NCBI GenBank assembly: GCA_965247665.1 | Contig: CBDFHH010000002.1 | Location: 132,261 to 196,260, forward strand | Direction: 5' to 3' | From: Alphaproteobacteria bacterium | GTDB lineage: Bacteria > Pseudomonadota > Alphaproteobacteria > SHVV01 | Length of the DNA stretch: 64,000 nt | Shown here: piece after piece, positions 42,651 to 53,459 of the stretch | Numbering within the stretch: the stretch's first letter is position 1 | Layout: each line of letters starts with the position of its first letter | The notes under the pieces: generated by a model | The model's input: the letters and a program-made list of their open reading frames with translations, nothing else | The model's database searches: none | What the model was told of the DNA's origin: nothing | Made by a program: the position numbers and the translations under genes

Positions 42651-43985
42651 TTAGCTGGCATAGGGGTTCTTGCCCTTGCGCAGCATCATCCGGATCGGCA
42701 CTGCAGGTACGGAAAAGCGCTTCCTGAAATCGTTTTCGAGAAAGCGAACATAGCTATCGGGCAGCCCTTCGGGACGACTGACGAACAATGCGAAGGTCGG
42801 CGGGCGCGCCTTTGCCTGAGTGATGTATTTCAGGCGGATACGGCGCCCCCGCACCAGCGGCGGCGGATGGCGAGCTTCGACCTCAGCAAGCCAGTGGTTG
42901 AGCGGGGCTGTGTCGATGCGGGTGTTCCACAGCCCATGAACCGCCTTTATCGCAGGCATAAGCTCGGCAACGCCCCTACCGCTTAACGCCGACAGCGTCA
43001 CCAGCTTGAGACCTTTGACCTGGGGCAGTGAGCGCCGCAAACGCTCGGTTATACGACGGCGGGCGCGTCGCGCATCGTCGACGAGATCCCATTTGTTGGC
43101 GATCACGACCAGCGCCCGGCCCTCCTCCGTGCAGTGGCGGGCAATGGTGAGATCCTGCTTTTCCACCCCCTGCTCGGCGTCGATCAGCAGGAGCACCACT
43201 TCGGCCAGCGCCAGCGAACGTAGCGAGTCGGCTGCCGACAATTTTTCAAGATTCTCATCGACGCGGGATCTTCGGCGCAGTCCGGCAGTATCGGTCAGGC
43301 GGTAGCGCTGTCCCGCCACCGTCCACTCGATGGCGATTGAGTCGCGAGTGATGCCCGGTTCCGGGCCGGTGAGCGTGCGGTCGTCGCCAATCAGTCGATT
43401 GACCAGTGTCGATTTGCCGACGTTCGGACGTCCAACCACCGCCAGATTAATGACCGGGTCCGATACCTCACCTTCGGCGGTATCATCGTTACCGCCGGCG
43501 TAGGCCTCGAGCGCTTCATAGAGCAGGTCGAGACCCTGACCGTGCTCGGCCGATATCGGCACGGCCGCGCCGAGGCCTAGCGAAAATGCTTCCAGACGAC
43601 CGGCCTCGGCAGCCCGTCCCTCGCATTTATTGGCGACAAGAATCAGCGGCCTGGCCCGCTTGCGCAGGAGGTTGGCGAACTGTTGGTCGAGCGGCGTGAT
43701 GCCCGCTCGCGCATCGATCAGCAGCAACGCCATGTCCGCTTCGGCGATCGCGCGCTCGGTCTGTGCACGCATGCGCCCCTGCAACGAGGTCGGCGCCGAG
43801 TCTTCATAACCCGCGGTATCCCAGACGCGAAAGCGCAAGGGGCCGAGGCTGGCAACGCCCTCGCGACGGTCACGGGTGATGCCGGGCGTTTTGTCGACGA
43901 TTGCCGCCCGCCGCCCGACCAGGCGGTTGAACAGGGTCGATTTCCCGACATTGGGACGACCGACGATCGCCACGGTAATCACCAC
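42651..43985 (-). CDS. der: Ribosome biogenesis GTPase Der
   Basis: Two GRPNVGKS P-loops, DTAG, NKWD; GGAGG before GTG 43985. Confidence 0.96.
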   Translation of the reverse strand: MVITVAIVGRPNVGKSTLFNRLVGRRAAIVDKTPGITRDRREGVASLGPLRFRVWDTAGYEDSAPTSLQGRMRAQTERAIAEADMALLLIDARAGITPLDQQFANLLRKRARPLILVANKCEGRAAEAGRLEAFSLGLGAAVPISAEHGQGLDLLYEALEAYAGGNDDTAEGEVSDPVINLAVVGRPNVGKSTLVNRLIGDDRTLTGPEPGITRDSIAIEWTVAGQRYRLTDTAGLRRRSRVDENLEKLSAADSLRSLALAEVVLLLIDAEQGVEKQDLTIARHCTEEGRALVVIANKWDLVDDARRARRRITERLRRSLPQVKGLKLVTLSALSGRGVAELMPAIKAVHGLWNTRIDTAPLNHWLAEVEARHPPPLVRGRRIRLKYITQAKARPPTFALFVSRPEGLPDSYVRFLENDFRKRFSVPAVPIRMMLRKGKNPYAS

Positions 43986-44115
43986 AATGCCTCCCAAGAC
44001 CACAATCGGTGGGTTTGAAGTTGGCTTGACCCCATTCAAGCGCGCTTACGCCGCGCCTCCGGCACGACACTCGCGCCTTGGACCGCTCCCCGGCCCAACG
44101 ACACCAAGCATATCT

Positions 44116-45459
44116 TCAGCGGATGGCCAGCAACTCTGCGTCGTCGGTTAAAACGTAGAGACTGCGATCGGCCACGATCGGTGACGTGTAAGCCCCCTCG
44201 GGCAGCTGGATCCTACCGAGAACCCCTCCGGTGTAAGGTGAAACCGCGAGCGCGTAGCCGTGCGATGATACGATCACGAGTCGATCGCTCGCCAATATCG
44301 GGCCGTTCCATTGGATCGGCCCGTCGCGCGCCTCCGGGTCCTCGAAACGCTGCAGCGGCAACACCCAGCGGATTCGTCCGTCCCGACGCCACAGACATAC
44401 CAGCTCGGCTTCATTGGTTATGAGAAAGATAAAGTCACCGGCGACCCAGGGCGTTTGCGTGCCACCGATCACCTGATCCCAGACCCGCGCGCCGGTGCGC
44501 AGATTTACGGCGGCCATCCGTCCGGCGTTGCCAATCACATATACCCGGTCGCCGACGACCACGGGAGCGCCGGCGATGTTGCTGAAGGTTGGAAGCAGCG
44601 CGGCGCCCGTTCGAGTCAGCAGATCGGACCACACGACACGGCCGTTGTCGATCCTCAACGCGTAGGTCTCGCCTGAGGAGTACGGCGCGACGACGATGCC
44701 GCCTGCGACCGCCGCACTCGCAGCCCCCATCAGCCCCGCGTTTTCAGGCAGACCTTCATGCTGCCACAGGCGGCGACCGTCCTCGGTGGCCAGGACGTAG
44801 AGCTTGTTCTCGATACTGATCACGAACACCCGACCAGCGCTGACCGTTGGCGGCGCGCGAAACGGCACGCCGAGATTCTGGCGCCAGAGCAGCTGGCCGT
44901 TTTCCGCGATTAACGCGATTACCTCACCGAAACCGGTAGTTACGTAGAGGACATCATGCTCGTAGGCGAGACCACCGCCGATGGCCCCGTACTCCTCGTC
45001 GACCGGCCGCAGCGCGACCCGCCATAGGAGGCGGCCCGTCGTCGCGTCGACCGCCGCGACACGAGCCCGCGCATCGATAGTGAATACGCGTTCGGCGGTG
45101 GCCACCGGCGAGGTGATCAAACGCCGATAGCCTTCCGACCCGGTGCCTACGTTACGCCGCCAGGCGAGCTGAGGAACATCGGCAATCTCCAAATGCTGCA
45201 TCGCATGGCTCGGCAACCCGCCCGGTTGCGGCCACGCCACATTCACCCGCGGCGGCGGCACTCGGATCTGCAAATCCTGGATCAGCGGGTCGGGAACCAG
45301 CGCATTCTGGAGCGACAATACGGAGATTCGCTCGCCCGGAAGCGGTGGCGGTTCGGACTTGAACTGCATCCACTCGGGCACAAAGCCGCAAGCGCCAACG
45401 AGCAGAAGCGCCGCGATCAGTGCGGGTGCCGCCGGAGGGGTGGAGGCGAGGCGAAGCAT
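44116..45459 (-). CDS. bamB: PQQ-like beta-propeller lipoprotein (BamB-like)
   Basis: Lipobox VGAC, LPGERISVL, repeated G...W motifs; locus order yfgM-bamB-der. Confidence 0.8.
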   Translation of the reverse strand: MLRLASTPPAAPALIAALLLVGACGFVPEWMQFKSEPPPLPGERISVLSLQNALVPDPLIQDLQIRVPPPRVNVAWPQPGGLPSHAMQHLEIADVPQLAWRRNVGTGSEGYRRLITSPVATAERVFTIDARARVAAVDATTGRLLWRVALRPVDEEYGAIGGGLAYEHDVLYVTTGFGEVIALIAENGQLLWRQNLGVPFRAPPTVSAGRVFVISIENKLYVLATEDGRRLWQHEGLPENAGLMGAASAAVAGGIVVAPYSSGETYALRIDNGRVVWSDLLTRTGAALLPTFSNIAGAPVVVGDRVYVIGNAGRMAAVNLRTGARVWDQVIGGTQTPWVAGDFIFLITNEAELVCLWRRDGRIRWVLPLQRFEDPEARDGPIQWNGPILASDRLVIVSSHGYALAVSPYTGGVLGRIQLPEGAYTSPIVADRSLYVLTDDAELLAIR

Positions 45460-45481
45460 CGCGAACCCGGTCCTGAGTTGA

Positions 45482-46129
45482 TCAGCCGTCCTGGCCAAGC
45501 ACGGTCAGCATCTCGGCGGCGCGACCACGAACGCCCTCGGGCGCTTCCGCGTCGTCGACCAGCTTCTCGTATGCGGTCCGCGCCTTTGCCACCTTGCCGG
45601 CCTGCAGGTCGACCAGGGCCCGCATCTCACGCGCCACGAAGCGCCAGGAATTGTCGTGCGCGATCAACGCGTCGAAGCGGGGGTAGAGATCGTCGGGCGC
45701 CGCGGTATCAATCAGCAGCATCACCGCGCGCAGGCGCGCGAGGTCGCGGAAAACACCGGGGACGCCACTGTCGGCGGCAATCCGGTCGTATAGCTGAACC
45801 GCCGTGGCCGAACTGCTGTCCGCCAGTGCCGCAGCCTGCTGGAGACGAGCGAGAATGCCATACCCCGAGTTCGTCGAGTCCGCGAGGTCAGCGAACGCGT
45901 TCGCCGCTGTCGTAGTATCGCCCGTGTTGAGCAACCGTAGCGCGGCGGTGTAGTGCACGCTCTCCTTTTCCCGCTCGGAAACCTGGTATTCGCGCCAGCC
46001 CATGATGCCGGCCGTCACCACGACCACGGCCGCGAGGGCGGCGATGGCGTAAGGCCCGTACTTCTTCCACAGCCGGAGGTGCCGCTCCTGGCGGACTTCC
46101 TCATCAACTTCTCTGAATATTTCGCTCAC
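45482..46129 (-). CDS. YfgM-like tetratricopeptide membrane protein
   Basis: SEIFREVDEEVRQE..LWKKYG, single TM. Confidence 0.85.
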   Translation of the reverse strand: MSEIFREVDEEVRQERHLRLWKKYGPYAIAALAAVVVVTAGIMGWREYQVSEREKESVHYTAALRLLNTGDTTTAANAFADLADSTNSGYGILARLQQAAALADSSSATAVQLYDRIAADSGVPGVFRDLARLRAVMLLIDTAAPDDLYPRFDALIAHDNSWRFVAREMRALVDLQAGKVAKARTAYEKLVDDAEAPEGVRGRAAEMLTVLGQDG

Positions 46130-46432
46130 AGCTCCGAGCCTCCTCGCGGCGCGCCAACATAACCACAGCGGGCCGGGCTCGCAACGCAGCCGCGTCATGT
46201 CGTGTCCCGTCACAGAAGCCGAACGGACTCAATTGCGAAGGTTTCGAGGTCCGGGGGTATCCCGCCCCACGAAACGAGAACGCAGCATCGCAAATTTCGT
46301 CGAAACCGGCGATCGATGGCGCCTGCGCGGCGGCGCCGTCCACGCCCCGAAAACGAGGCGCGCGCCTCGGCTTCGGGTTAAACTGCGGCCGACCAGCCGG
46401 CAAAACGGAACCAACCTCGCGCGGAGGAAACC

Positions 46433-47350
46433 ATGGCATTCGACGACCTGCCGCCACTACGTGACATCCCGGGCCTCGGCAAGATGCGGCCGGAGGCGCC
46501 GCAGCATAATGCCTACGTCATGGAGGCGTCGCGCAAGGTCGCGGAATCCACCCGCACCGAGCTCGACGTACCTTATGGCGACAGCTACTGGCACAAGGTC
46601 GACGTCTACCTGCCCGACGACACCACCGCTCGCGACATGCCTATATTCTGCATGTTGCACGGCGGCGGGTTCGTGCGGGGCTACAAGGAGTGGATGGGCT
46701 TCCAGGCACCGGTTATCACCAGCCTGCCGGCGATCTACATCTCCGTGTCCTATCAGCTCGCGCCCGAGGCACGGGTTCCGGAGATCACCGACGACTGCCT
46801 GCGTGCGCTCAAGCTGGTCCATGAACGGGCCGGCGATTGGGGTGGCGACGCCAATCGCATTTTTATCGGCGGGCACTCGGCCGGTGCCATCCTGGTGGCA
46901 CAGATGGCGTTATGGAAGGAAGGCCGGACCCGCCACGGCTTGCCCGATGACGTGATCAAGGGGTGCTTCCCCGTCGCCGGGGTCTACAATCTCGATCCCG
47001 ATTGGCTGCCCGAGGACACCGTTCTCGCGACCGTGTTTGCCGATCTATTCGGCGACGCGGCCGACGCAGAAACGTACAGTCCGATCAACCATGTCGCCGG
47101 CAACACGACACCTTTCCTGGTGAGCTGGGGCGATGCCGACACGCCGTATGTGCTCGAATCTTCGGCCGATCTCGTCGCCGCATTGGCCAACCAACCCGGC
47201 CTCGTTAAAAGCCAAATATGGGCGGGCTACAATCATTTCGATGCCCACCGCACGCTCGAGAACGGCGATGACCCCTGGGTCGTGACGCTGCGGGAATGGA
47301 TGCAGAATCCGCCAATGGCGGCAGCCGGCGATGCCGCCGCGGCGGAGTAG
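46433..47350 (+). CDS. Alpha/beta hydrolase (arylformamidase-like)
   Basis: HGGGF, GHSAG nucleophile, NHF; GGAGG RBS. Confidence 0.85.
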   Translation: MAFDDLPPLRDIPGLGKMRPEAPQHNAYVMEASRKVAESTRTELDVPYGDSYWHKVDVYLPDDTTARDMPIFCMLHGGGFVRGYKEWMGFQAPVITSLPAIYISVSYQLAPEARVPEITDDCLRALKLVHERAGDWGGDANRIFIGGHSAGAILVAQMALWKEGRTRHGLPDDVIKGCFPVAGVYNLDPDWLPEDTVLATVFADLFGDAADAETYSPINHVAGNTTPFLVSWGDADTPYVLESSADLVAALANQPGLVKSQIWAGYNHFDAHRTLENGDDPWVVTLREWMQNPPMAAAGDAAAAE

Positions 47351-47444
47351 TCTGGCCGCCCCCGGGAGGTTCAGGTAACCATCTGACGCGTTGATGCGCG
47401 GCGGTTGGCGCGCCTCACCGAGGTTGGTCCGTAGAGGCTCCGGG

Positions 47445-48122
47445 CTATTTCCGGCCCAGGGCGAAGTTCGCGACATGGTCGGGCAGCTCAACGCCTTCGA
47501 GGTTGCGCGGATCGGCGACCGGCTCCAGAAGCCGGATGTCGGTCGGCACGATGCCGGCCCAGATCGGCAACGCGTAGTCCTCTTCGTCGTCGATCGGCGG
47601 CCCGCTGCGCACCTTGGCCGAACCCTCATCGATCGGCATCGACAGGACGGTCGTCGCTTTGATTTCCTGCTCGTTGATCGGCCGCAGCTTGTCCCAACGG
47701 CCCGGAAACAACCTGTCGAGGAAGTTCCTCAGTCTGTCGACCTTCTCGCTCTCCGGCACGGCTTCGGCCTCGCCGAACAGCACCACCGACCGATAGTTGA
47801 CCGAATGGTGGAATGCCGAGCGGGCGAGAACGAAACCGTCGAAATTGGTGACCGCCAAGCTCACTTGTCGTCCCACCACTTGGCGCAGAAAGCGGCTCGC
47901 CGACGACCCGTGCCAGAAGATCAGCTCGCCTTCACGCCATTGCAAGGTCGGCGTGATATGCGGTGAGCCGTCGATGACATACGCGAAATGACACATCGGT
48001 GTGGCATCGATGATCTCGTTGACCCGCTCGCGTTCGTAAGAGCCGCGCTGGTGTAGCCGCTTGACGCGCGACCGCTCCGTATTACGTAGATCCTCACCGG
48101 TCATCGACGTGTTACGAGCCAT
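47445..48122 (-). CDS. Pyridoxamine 5'-phosphate oxidase family flavin-binding protein
   Basis: HGSSASR, DGFVLARSAFHHSVNYRSVV, SAKVRSG, WAG. Confidence 0.9.
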   Translation of the reverse strand: MARNTSMTGEDLRNTERSRVKRLHQRGSYERERVNEIIDATPMCHFAYVIDGSPHITPTLQWREGELIFWHGSSASRFLRQVVGRQVSLAVTNFDGFVLARSAFHHSVNYRSVVLFGEAEAVPESEKVDRLRNFLDRLFPGRWDKLRPINEQEIKATTVLSMPIDEGSAKVRSGPPIDDEEDYALPIWAGIVPTDIRLLEPVADPRNLEGVELPDHVANFALGRK

Positions 48123-48327
48123 CGCGACTCCTCCATCCCGATGTCGACGGGTAGATCACCCCTGTCGTTATTCCCACTCAATAGTGACGTAGATTTTTTC
48201 TTGTCTATTTTCAATCTCTTATCTACGCCTCACAGTATGCGTGCAAAGTTGTGTGTAACGCATTTCCCACGTTGCACATTTTTTCCACGCTTGAATTTCT
48301 GTTGCAACCCAATAATCTACGCAATCC

Positions 48328-49140
48328 TTAGTTACACATTGTGCGACGAAAAACGTACTCATTGCAGCCCAACTTTCCACCAACCGTCTTCAATTGCATC
48401 AATACAAAGCCTTTAGACTTATAGAAATTAAAGATTTGTCGTGGCTTAGATACTTCAAAAGGATAGCCTCCCAACCAATCCAACAAGTCATACCATATTG
48501 TCATGCCTCTTGGGGCTTTTCGGTTTTGTAGCAACTTAAGGAACACTGAAGGTAACGTTGGGTATATCCCATGCAGAAGTATCCAAAACGGACGACTAAG
48601 AGAGAGTTTGTTGTATGTTATTTTCACAAACGTCCAATAACGTCTGAAGAATGGTTGCCAGTTGTAGAGTGCAATAAATAATAAACCATCATCTTTAACG
48701 CTACTGACAATGTTTTCTAAAGCTTTCCACAAATTTCCTGTGTGATGCAAAACACCCCAACTATAAACGATATCGAACTTTCCCAACGACGCTAAGAAGC
48801 TCTCATCCAACACAGAACCCTGCGTCACAGTCCATTTACTATCATCTTTGTAATAACGGGACTTTAGCTCGTTCGTGCACCAAACTGATGATTCATCATA
48901 ATCAAACGACACAACATCGGCACCGAGATTACGTGCTGCTAACGAAAACAAACCACTACCACTGCCTATGTCTAGGAAACTTTTCCCTTCCAACGTATCA
49001 ACTTCAAGCATTTCCTTAAGTGAGCACTCAGCTTGACGAATTCTCTCTTCACAAATCGTTGTTAAGAAATTCTTCCAATTCTTTCCGAACTCGTATCGTT
49101 CCTTGTTAACAACTTCAGTTCGGAAGTCTTCAACACTCAT
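48328..49140 (-). CDS. Class I SAM-dependent methyltransferase (low GC)
   Basis: EFGKNW, FLDIGSGSG, FDIVYSWGVLHHTG, DWLGGYPFE. Confidence 0.9.
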   Translation of the reverse strand: MSVEDFRTEVVNKERYEFGKNWKNFLTTICEERIRQAECSLKEMLEVDTLEGKSFLDIGSGSGLFSLAARNLGADVVSFDYDESSVWCTNELKSRYYKDDSKWTVTQGSVLDESFLASLGKFDIVYSWGVLHHTGNLWKALENIVSSVKDDGLLFIALYNWQPFFRRYWTFVKITYNKLSLSRPFWILLHGIYPTLPSVFLKLLQNRKAPRGMTIWYDLLDWLGGYPFEVSKPRQIFNFYKSKGFVLMQLKTVGGKLGCNEYVFRRTMCN

Positions 49141-49154
49141 TTTTTCTTCTTACC

Positions 49155-49313
49155 TTAAGCCGAGACACCTTTCAGCATCCCAGCCGCAAAGCCAAACTCT
49201 TTGCACGGCTCTTTCACTTTCTTCGGTGTTTCTGCTCGCTCACGTTTCTTCGCTTCAGCCATCTGCTCTTCAAGCTGTTCCATCTCATCTTTCAATTCGT
49301 CGTAACTCTTCAA
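49155..49313 (-). CDS. 52-aa H-NS N-terminal-like coiled-coil micro-protein (possibly truncated or decaying)
   Basis: TTG start, MKSYDELKDEMEQLEEQMAEAKKRERAETPKKVKEPCKEFGFAAGMLKGVSA*; reading past the TAA gives GKKKK-TGA overlapping the methyltransferase ATG. Confidence 0.55.
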   Translation of the reverse strand: MKSYDELKDEMEQLEEQMAEAKKRERAETPKKVKEPCKEFGFAAGMLKGVSA

Positions 49314-49315
49314 AA

Positions 49316-50869
49316 CTATTCCCATTCGATCGTCCCGGGCGGCTTTGACGTCACGTCGTAGACGACGCGGTTAATACCGCGCACCTCGTTGACGATACGG
49401 TTGGCGACGCGGCCCAGCAAGGGCGGCTTGAACGGGTAGTAATCCGCGGTCATGCCATCGGTCGACGTTACCGCGCGCAGGGCACATACATGGTCGTAGG
49501 TGCGCTCGTCGCCCATCACGCCCACCGTGCGCACCGGCAGCAACACCGCGAACGCCTGCCAGATCTCGTCGTAAAGCCCGGCGGTGCGGATTTCCTCGAG
49601 ATAGATCGCGTCGGCCTTGCGCAGGGCTTCGAGTTTGTCGGTCGAAACTTCACCGGGGATGCGGATCGCCAGGCCCGGTCCAGGAAACGGATGGCGGCCG
49701 ATCGCCGTCTCCGGCAGGCCGAGCTCGCGCCCAAGCGCACGTACCTCGTCCTTGAACAGCTCGCGCAGCGGCTCGACCAGCGCCATGTTCATGCGTTCGG
49801 GCAAACCACCGACATTGTGATGCGACTTGATGGTCGCCGACGGACCACCGGTGAAGGACACGGATTCGACGACGTCGGGATACAGCGTACCCTGGGCCAA
49901 GAACTCGGCACCGTCGATCTTGGCGGCCTCCTCCTCGAACACATCGATGAAGGTGGTGCCGATGGTTTTGCGTTTAGCTTCGGGGTCGATCACGCCGGCC
50001 AGCCTTTCGAGAAACAGGTCGCTGGCATCGCGGTGCACCAGGGGTACGTCGAAACGGTCGCGAAACAGCGACACGACCTCCGCGCTCTCACCGGCCCGCA
50101 GCAACCCGTGGTCGACGAACACGCAGGTAAGCCGATCACCGACCGCTTCGTGGAGCAGCATCGCGGCGACCGACGAATCGACACCGCCGGAAAGACCACA
50201 AAGGACGCGGGCGTCGCCAACCCGATCGCGTATTGCAGCGATCGCGCTATCGCGAAACGACGCCATCGTCCAGTCGCCGCGGCAGCCGGCGATCCGGTGG
50301 GTGAAGTTCTGTAGCAGCGCCGCCCCGTCGGGCGTGTGCGCCACCTCGGGATGAAACTGGACGCCGTAGAAGCGACGCTGGTCATCGGCAATCGCGGCGA
50401 AAGGCGCCCCTTCGCTGACGCCGACGACGTGAAACCCCGCCGGCAGCGTATCGACCCGGTCGCCGTGGCTCATCCACACCGTATGGCGTTCGCCCGGCCG
50501 CCAAACACCCTCGAACAGCGGACACGGCGCGGTCGCTTCGACCGAGGCGCGGCCGAACTCGCGATCATCCGAGGCGCTGACCTTGCCTCCCAATTGGGCG
50601 CACATCGCCTGCTCGCCGTAGCAGATGCCGAGAACCGGTACGCCCCGCTCGAATACCGCTTCGGGCGCGCGCGGCGTGAAGTCGTGGATGACCGAAGCGG
50701 GCCCCCCGGACAGGATAATCGCACGCAGGTCGCCATCGGCGTTGCGCATCGCCTCTTCGGCCCGGTCGAACGGCGCGATCTCGCAATAGACGCCGCTTTC
50801 GCGCACCCGCCGGGCGATCAGCTGCGTGTATTGCGCACCGAAATCGACGACAAGAACGCGCTCGGTCAT
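49316..50869 (-). CDS. guaA: GMP synthase
   Basis: [46 protein letters not shown]. Confidence 0.97.
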   Translation of the reverse strand: MTERVLVVDFGAQYTQLIARRVRESGVYCEIAPFDRAEEAMRNADGDLRAIILSGGPASVIHDFTPRAPEAVFERGVPVLGICYGEQAMCAQLGGKVSASDDREFGRASVEATAPCPLFEGVWRPGERHTVWMSHGDRVDTLPAGFHVVGVSEGAPFAAIADDQRRFYGVQFHPEVAHTPDGAALLQNFTHRIAGCRGDWTMASFRDSAIAAIRDRVGDARVLCGLSGGVDSSVAAMLLHEAVGDRLTCVFVDHGLLRAGESAEVVSLFRDRFDVPLVHRDASDLFLERLAGVIDPEAKRKTIGTTFIDVFEEEAAKIDGAEFLAQGTLYPDVVESVSFTGGPSATIKSHHNVGGLPERMNMALVEPLRELFKDEVRALGRELGLPETAIGRHPFPGPGLAIRIPGEVSTDKLEALRKADAIYLEEIRTAGLYDEIWQAFAVLLPVRTVGVMGDERTYDHVCALRAVTSTDGMTADYYPFKPPLLGRVANRIVNEVRGINRVVYDVTSKPPGTIEWE

Positions 50870-51000
50870 GGCGTCACGGTATAGGGATGCGTCCGGCGCG
50901 AGTCCACTGCGAAAACGCATTCGACGAAGCGCGCCGCCACGGCGTTTCTTAGCAATGCCCGGTGTGGGAGCCGCGTCGCGCTCCACTCGCAGGAATCAGG

Positions 51001-51024
51001 AAGGGCGCCGAAATGGCGCCCTTT
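51001..51024. terminator. Hairpin, likely terminator of the TPR gene
   Basis: AAGGGCGCC-GAAAT-GGCGCCCTT. Confidence 0.55.
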
Positions 51025-51062
51025 CTCTTTACACCGGCAAGTCCTCTTTACACCGGCAAGTC
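51025..51062. repeat. Perfect 19-bp tandem duplication
   Basis: CTCTTTACACCGGCAAGTC x2. Confidence 0.9.
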
Positions 51063-51066
51063 CGCG

Positions 51067-51567
51067 TTAGCTGCCGATATTGTGCTTTTTCTTGTAGACC
51101 TGAACCGCTTTTTTGAGGTCGGTGTATTCCTGGCAGCTAAAGAAACAGAGATTATCGAGCGCCTCGAGATGCTCCTCGGCCATCTTGAGATTGCCGGTTT
51201 CGAGATAGGCTTCACCGATATACTCGTGTGCGCCCTTGTGCTTGGGGTCAATCCGTAACGCCATCTCGTAGTACTTCAACGCCTGGCCGTAATCGCCCGA
51301 CTTGCGGTAGCTGTAGCCGAGGAAGTTGTGCGCATCCGCATTGTTCTGGTCGCGGCTCACGACCTTGGTCAGTAGCGCGATCGCCCGGCTCCAGTTCCGG
51401 GCGTTGACCGCCCTCTTCGCCATTTCGTACTCAGCGTCCTTGGGCTTCGAGGCGCTCGGTGCCGGACTCTGACTGCCCGCCGCGAGAACGGCCGGGCCGG
51501 CAACGATACCCAGCGTGACACCCAGCGCGACACTAACGGTGAGCGCAAAAACAAAAGGTCTGATCAT
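51067..51567 (-). CDS. Exported tetratricopeptide repeat protein
   Basis: Signal peptide, NADAHNFLGYSYRK, HKGAHEYIGEAYL, C-terminal CFFSC. Confidence 0.85.
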   Translation of the reverse strand: MIRPFVFALTVSVALGVTLGIVAGPAVLAAGSQSPAPSASKPKDAEYEMAKRAVNARNWSRAIALLTKVVSRDQNNADAHNFLGYSYRKSGDYGQALKYYEMALRIDPKHKGAHEYIGEAYLETGNLKMAEEHLEALDNLCFFSCQEYTDLKKAVQVYKKKHNIGS

Positions 51568-51702
51568 ATCGTTCCCCTCGGGTTGCATTCCGATGACACG
51601 GCGACACGAGCGTTTGGCGTAACAGCGGACCCGGAACCTCGGATCGTTCCCGGAGTTGCGCCTGCTCGCCGCCGACCGGCGCGGCGTCTCCCATACGGGT
51701 AT

Positions 51703-53193
<1,491 letters not shown>

Positions 53194-53459
53194 TCAACCG
53201 TAACCGCGCCATGCTCAAGACATAGCCCGGCGCGCGGCGCCTTCGCGCAGCCGGGGCGCGTTAAAGCTGGGTTGTGGGGGTCGGTTCTCCCTCCCGACCT
53301 CGGCCCCGACAGCTTCGGCTTCTTGCTCGATAAATGTCTAAATAAATCTTTCCAACAAATTGATATTCAACGAAGAATGGACATATGAAATGATTGAGAA
53401 ATGGCCACGAACGCCCCCGCCCGAGCGAGCAGGAGAAGCGTTGGCCGAATCCGACATGA

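Larger units (their letters stand above)
48168..49333. mobile_element. Small integrase-less element inserted at the guaA 3' end
   Basis: Sharply AT-rich segment flanked by TTATTCCCACTCAATAGT (48168-48185) and CTATTCCCATTCGATCGT (49316-49333); both encode TIEWE-stop on the minus strand. Confidence 0.8.

Noticed and set aside
51025-51062. Repeat pair as a possible CRISPR remnant
   Set aside because: Units are adjacent with no spacer, and no cas genes are present
51568-51702. Possible remnant of the RsmB/NOP methyltransferase often found between guaB and guaA
   Set aside because: No recognisable peptide remnant seen
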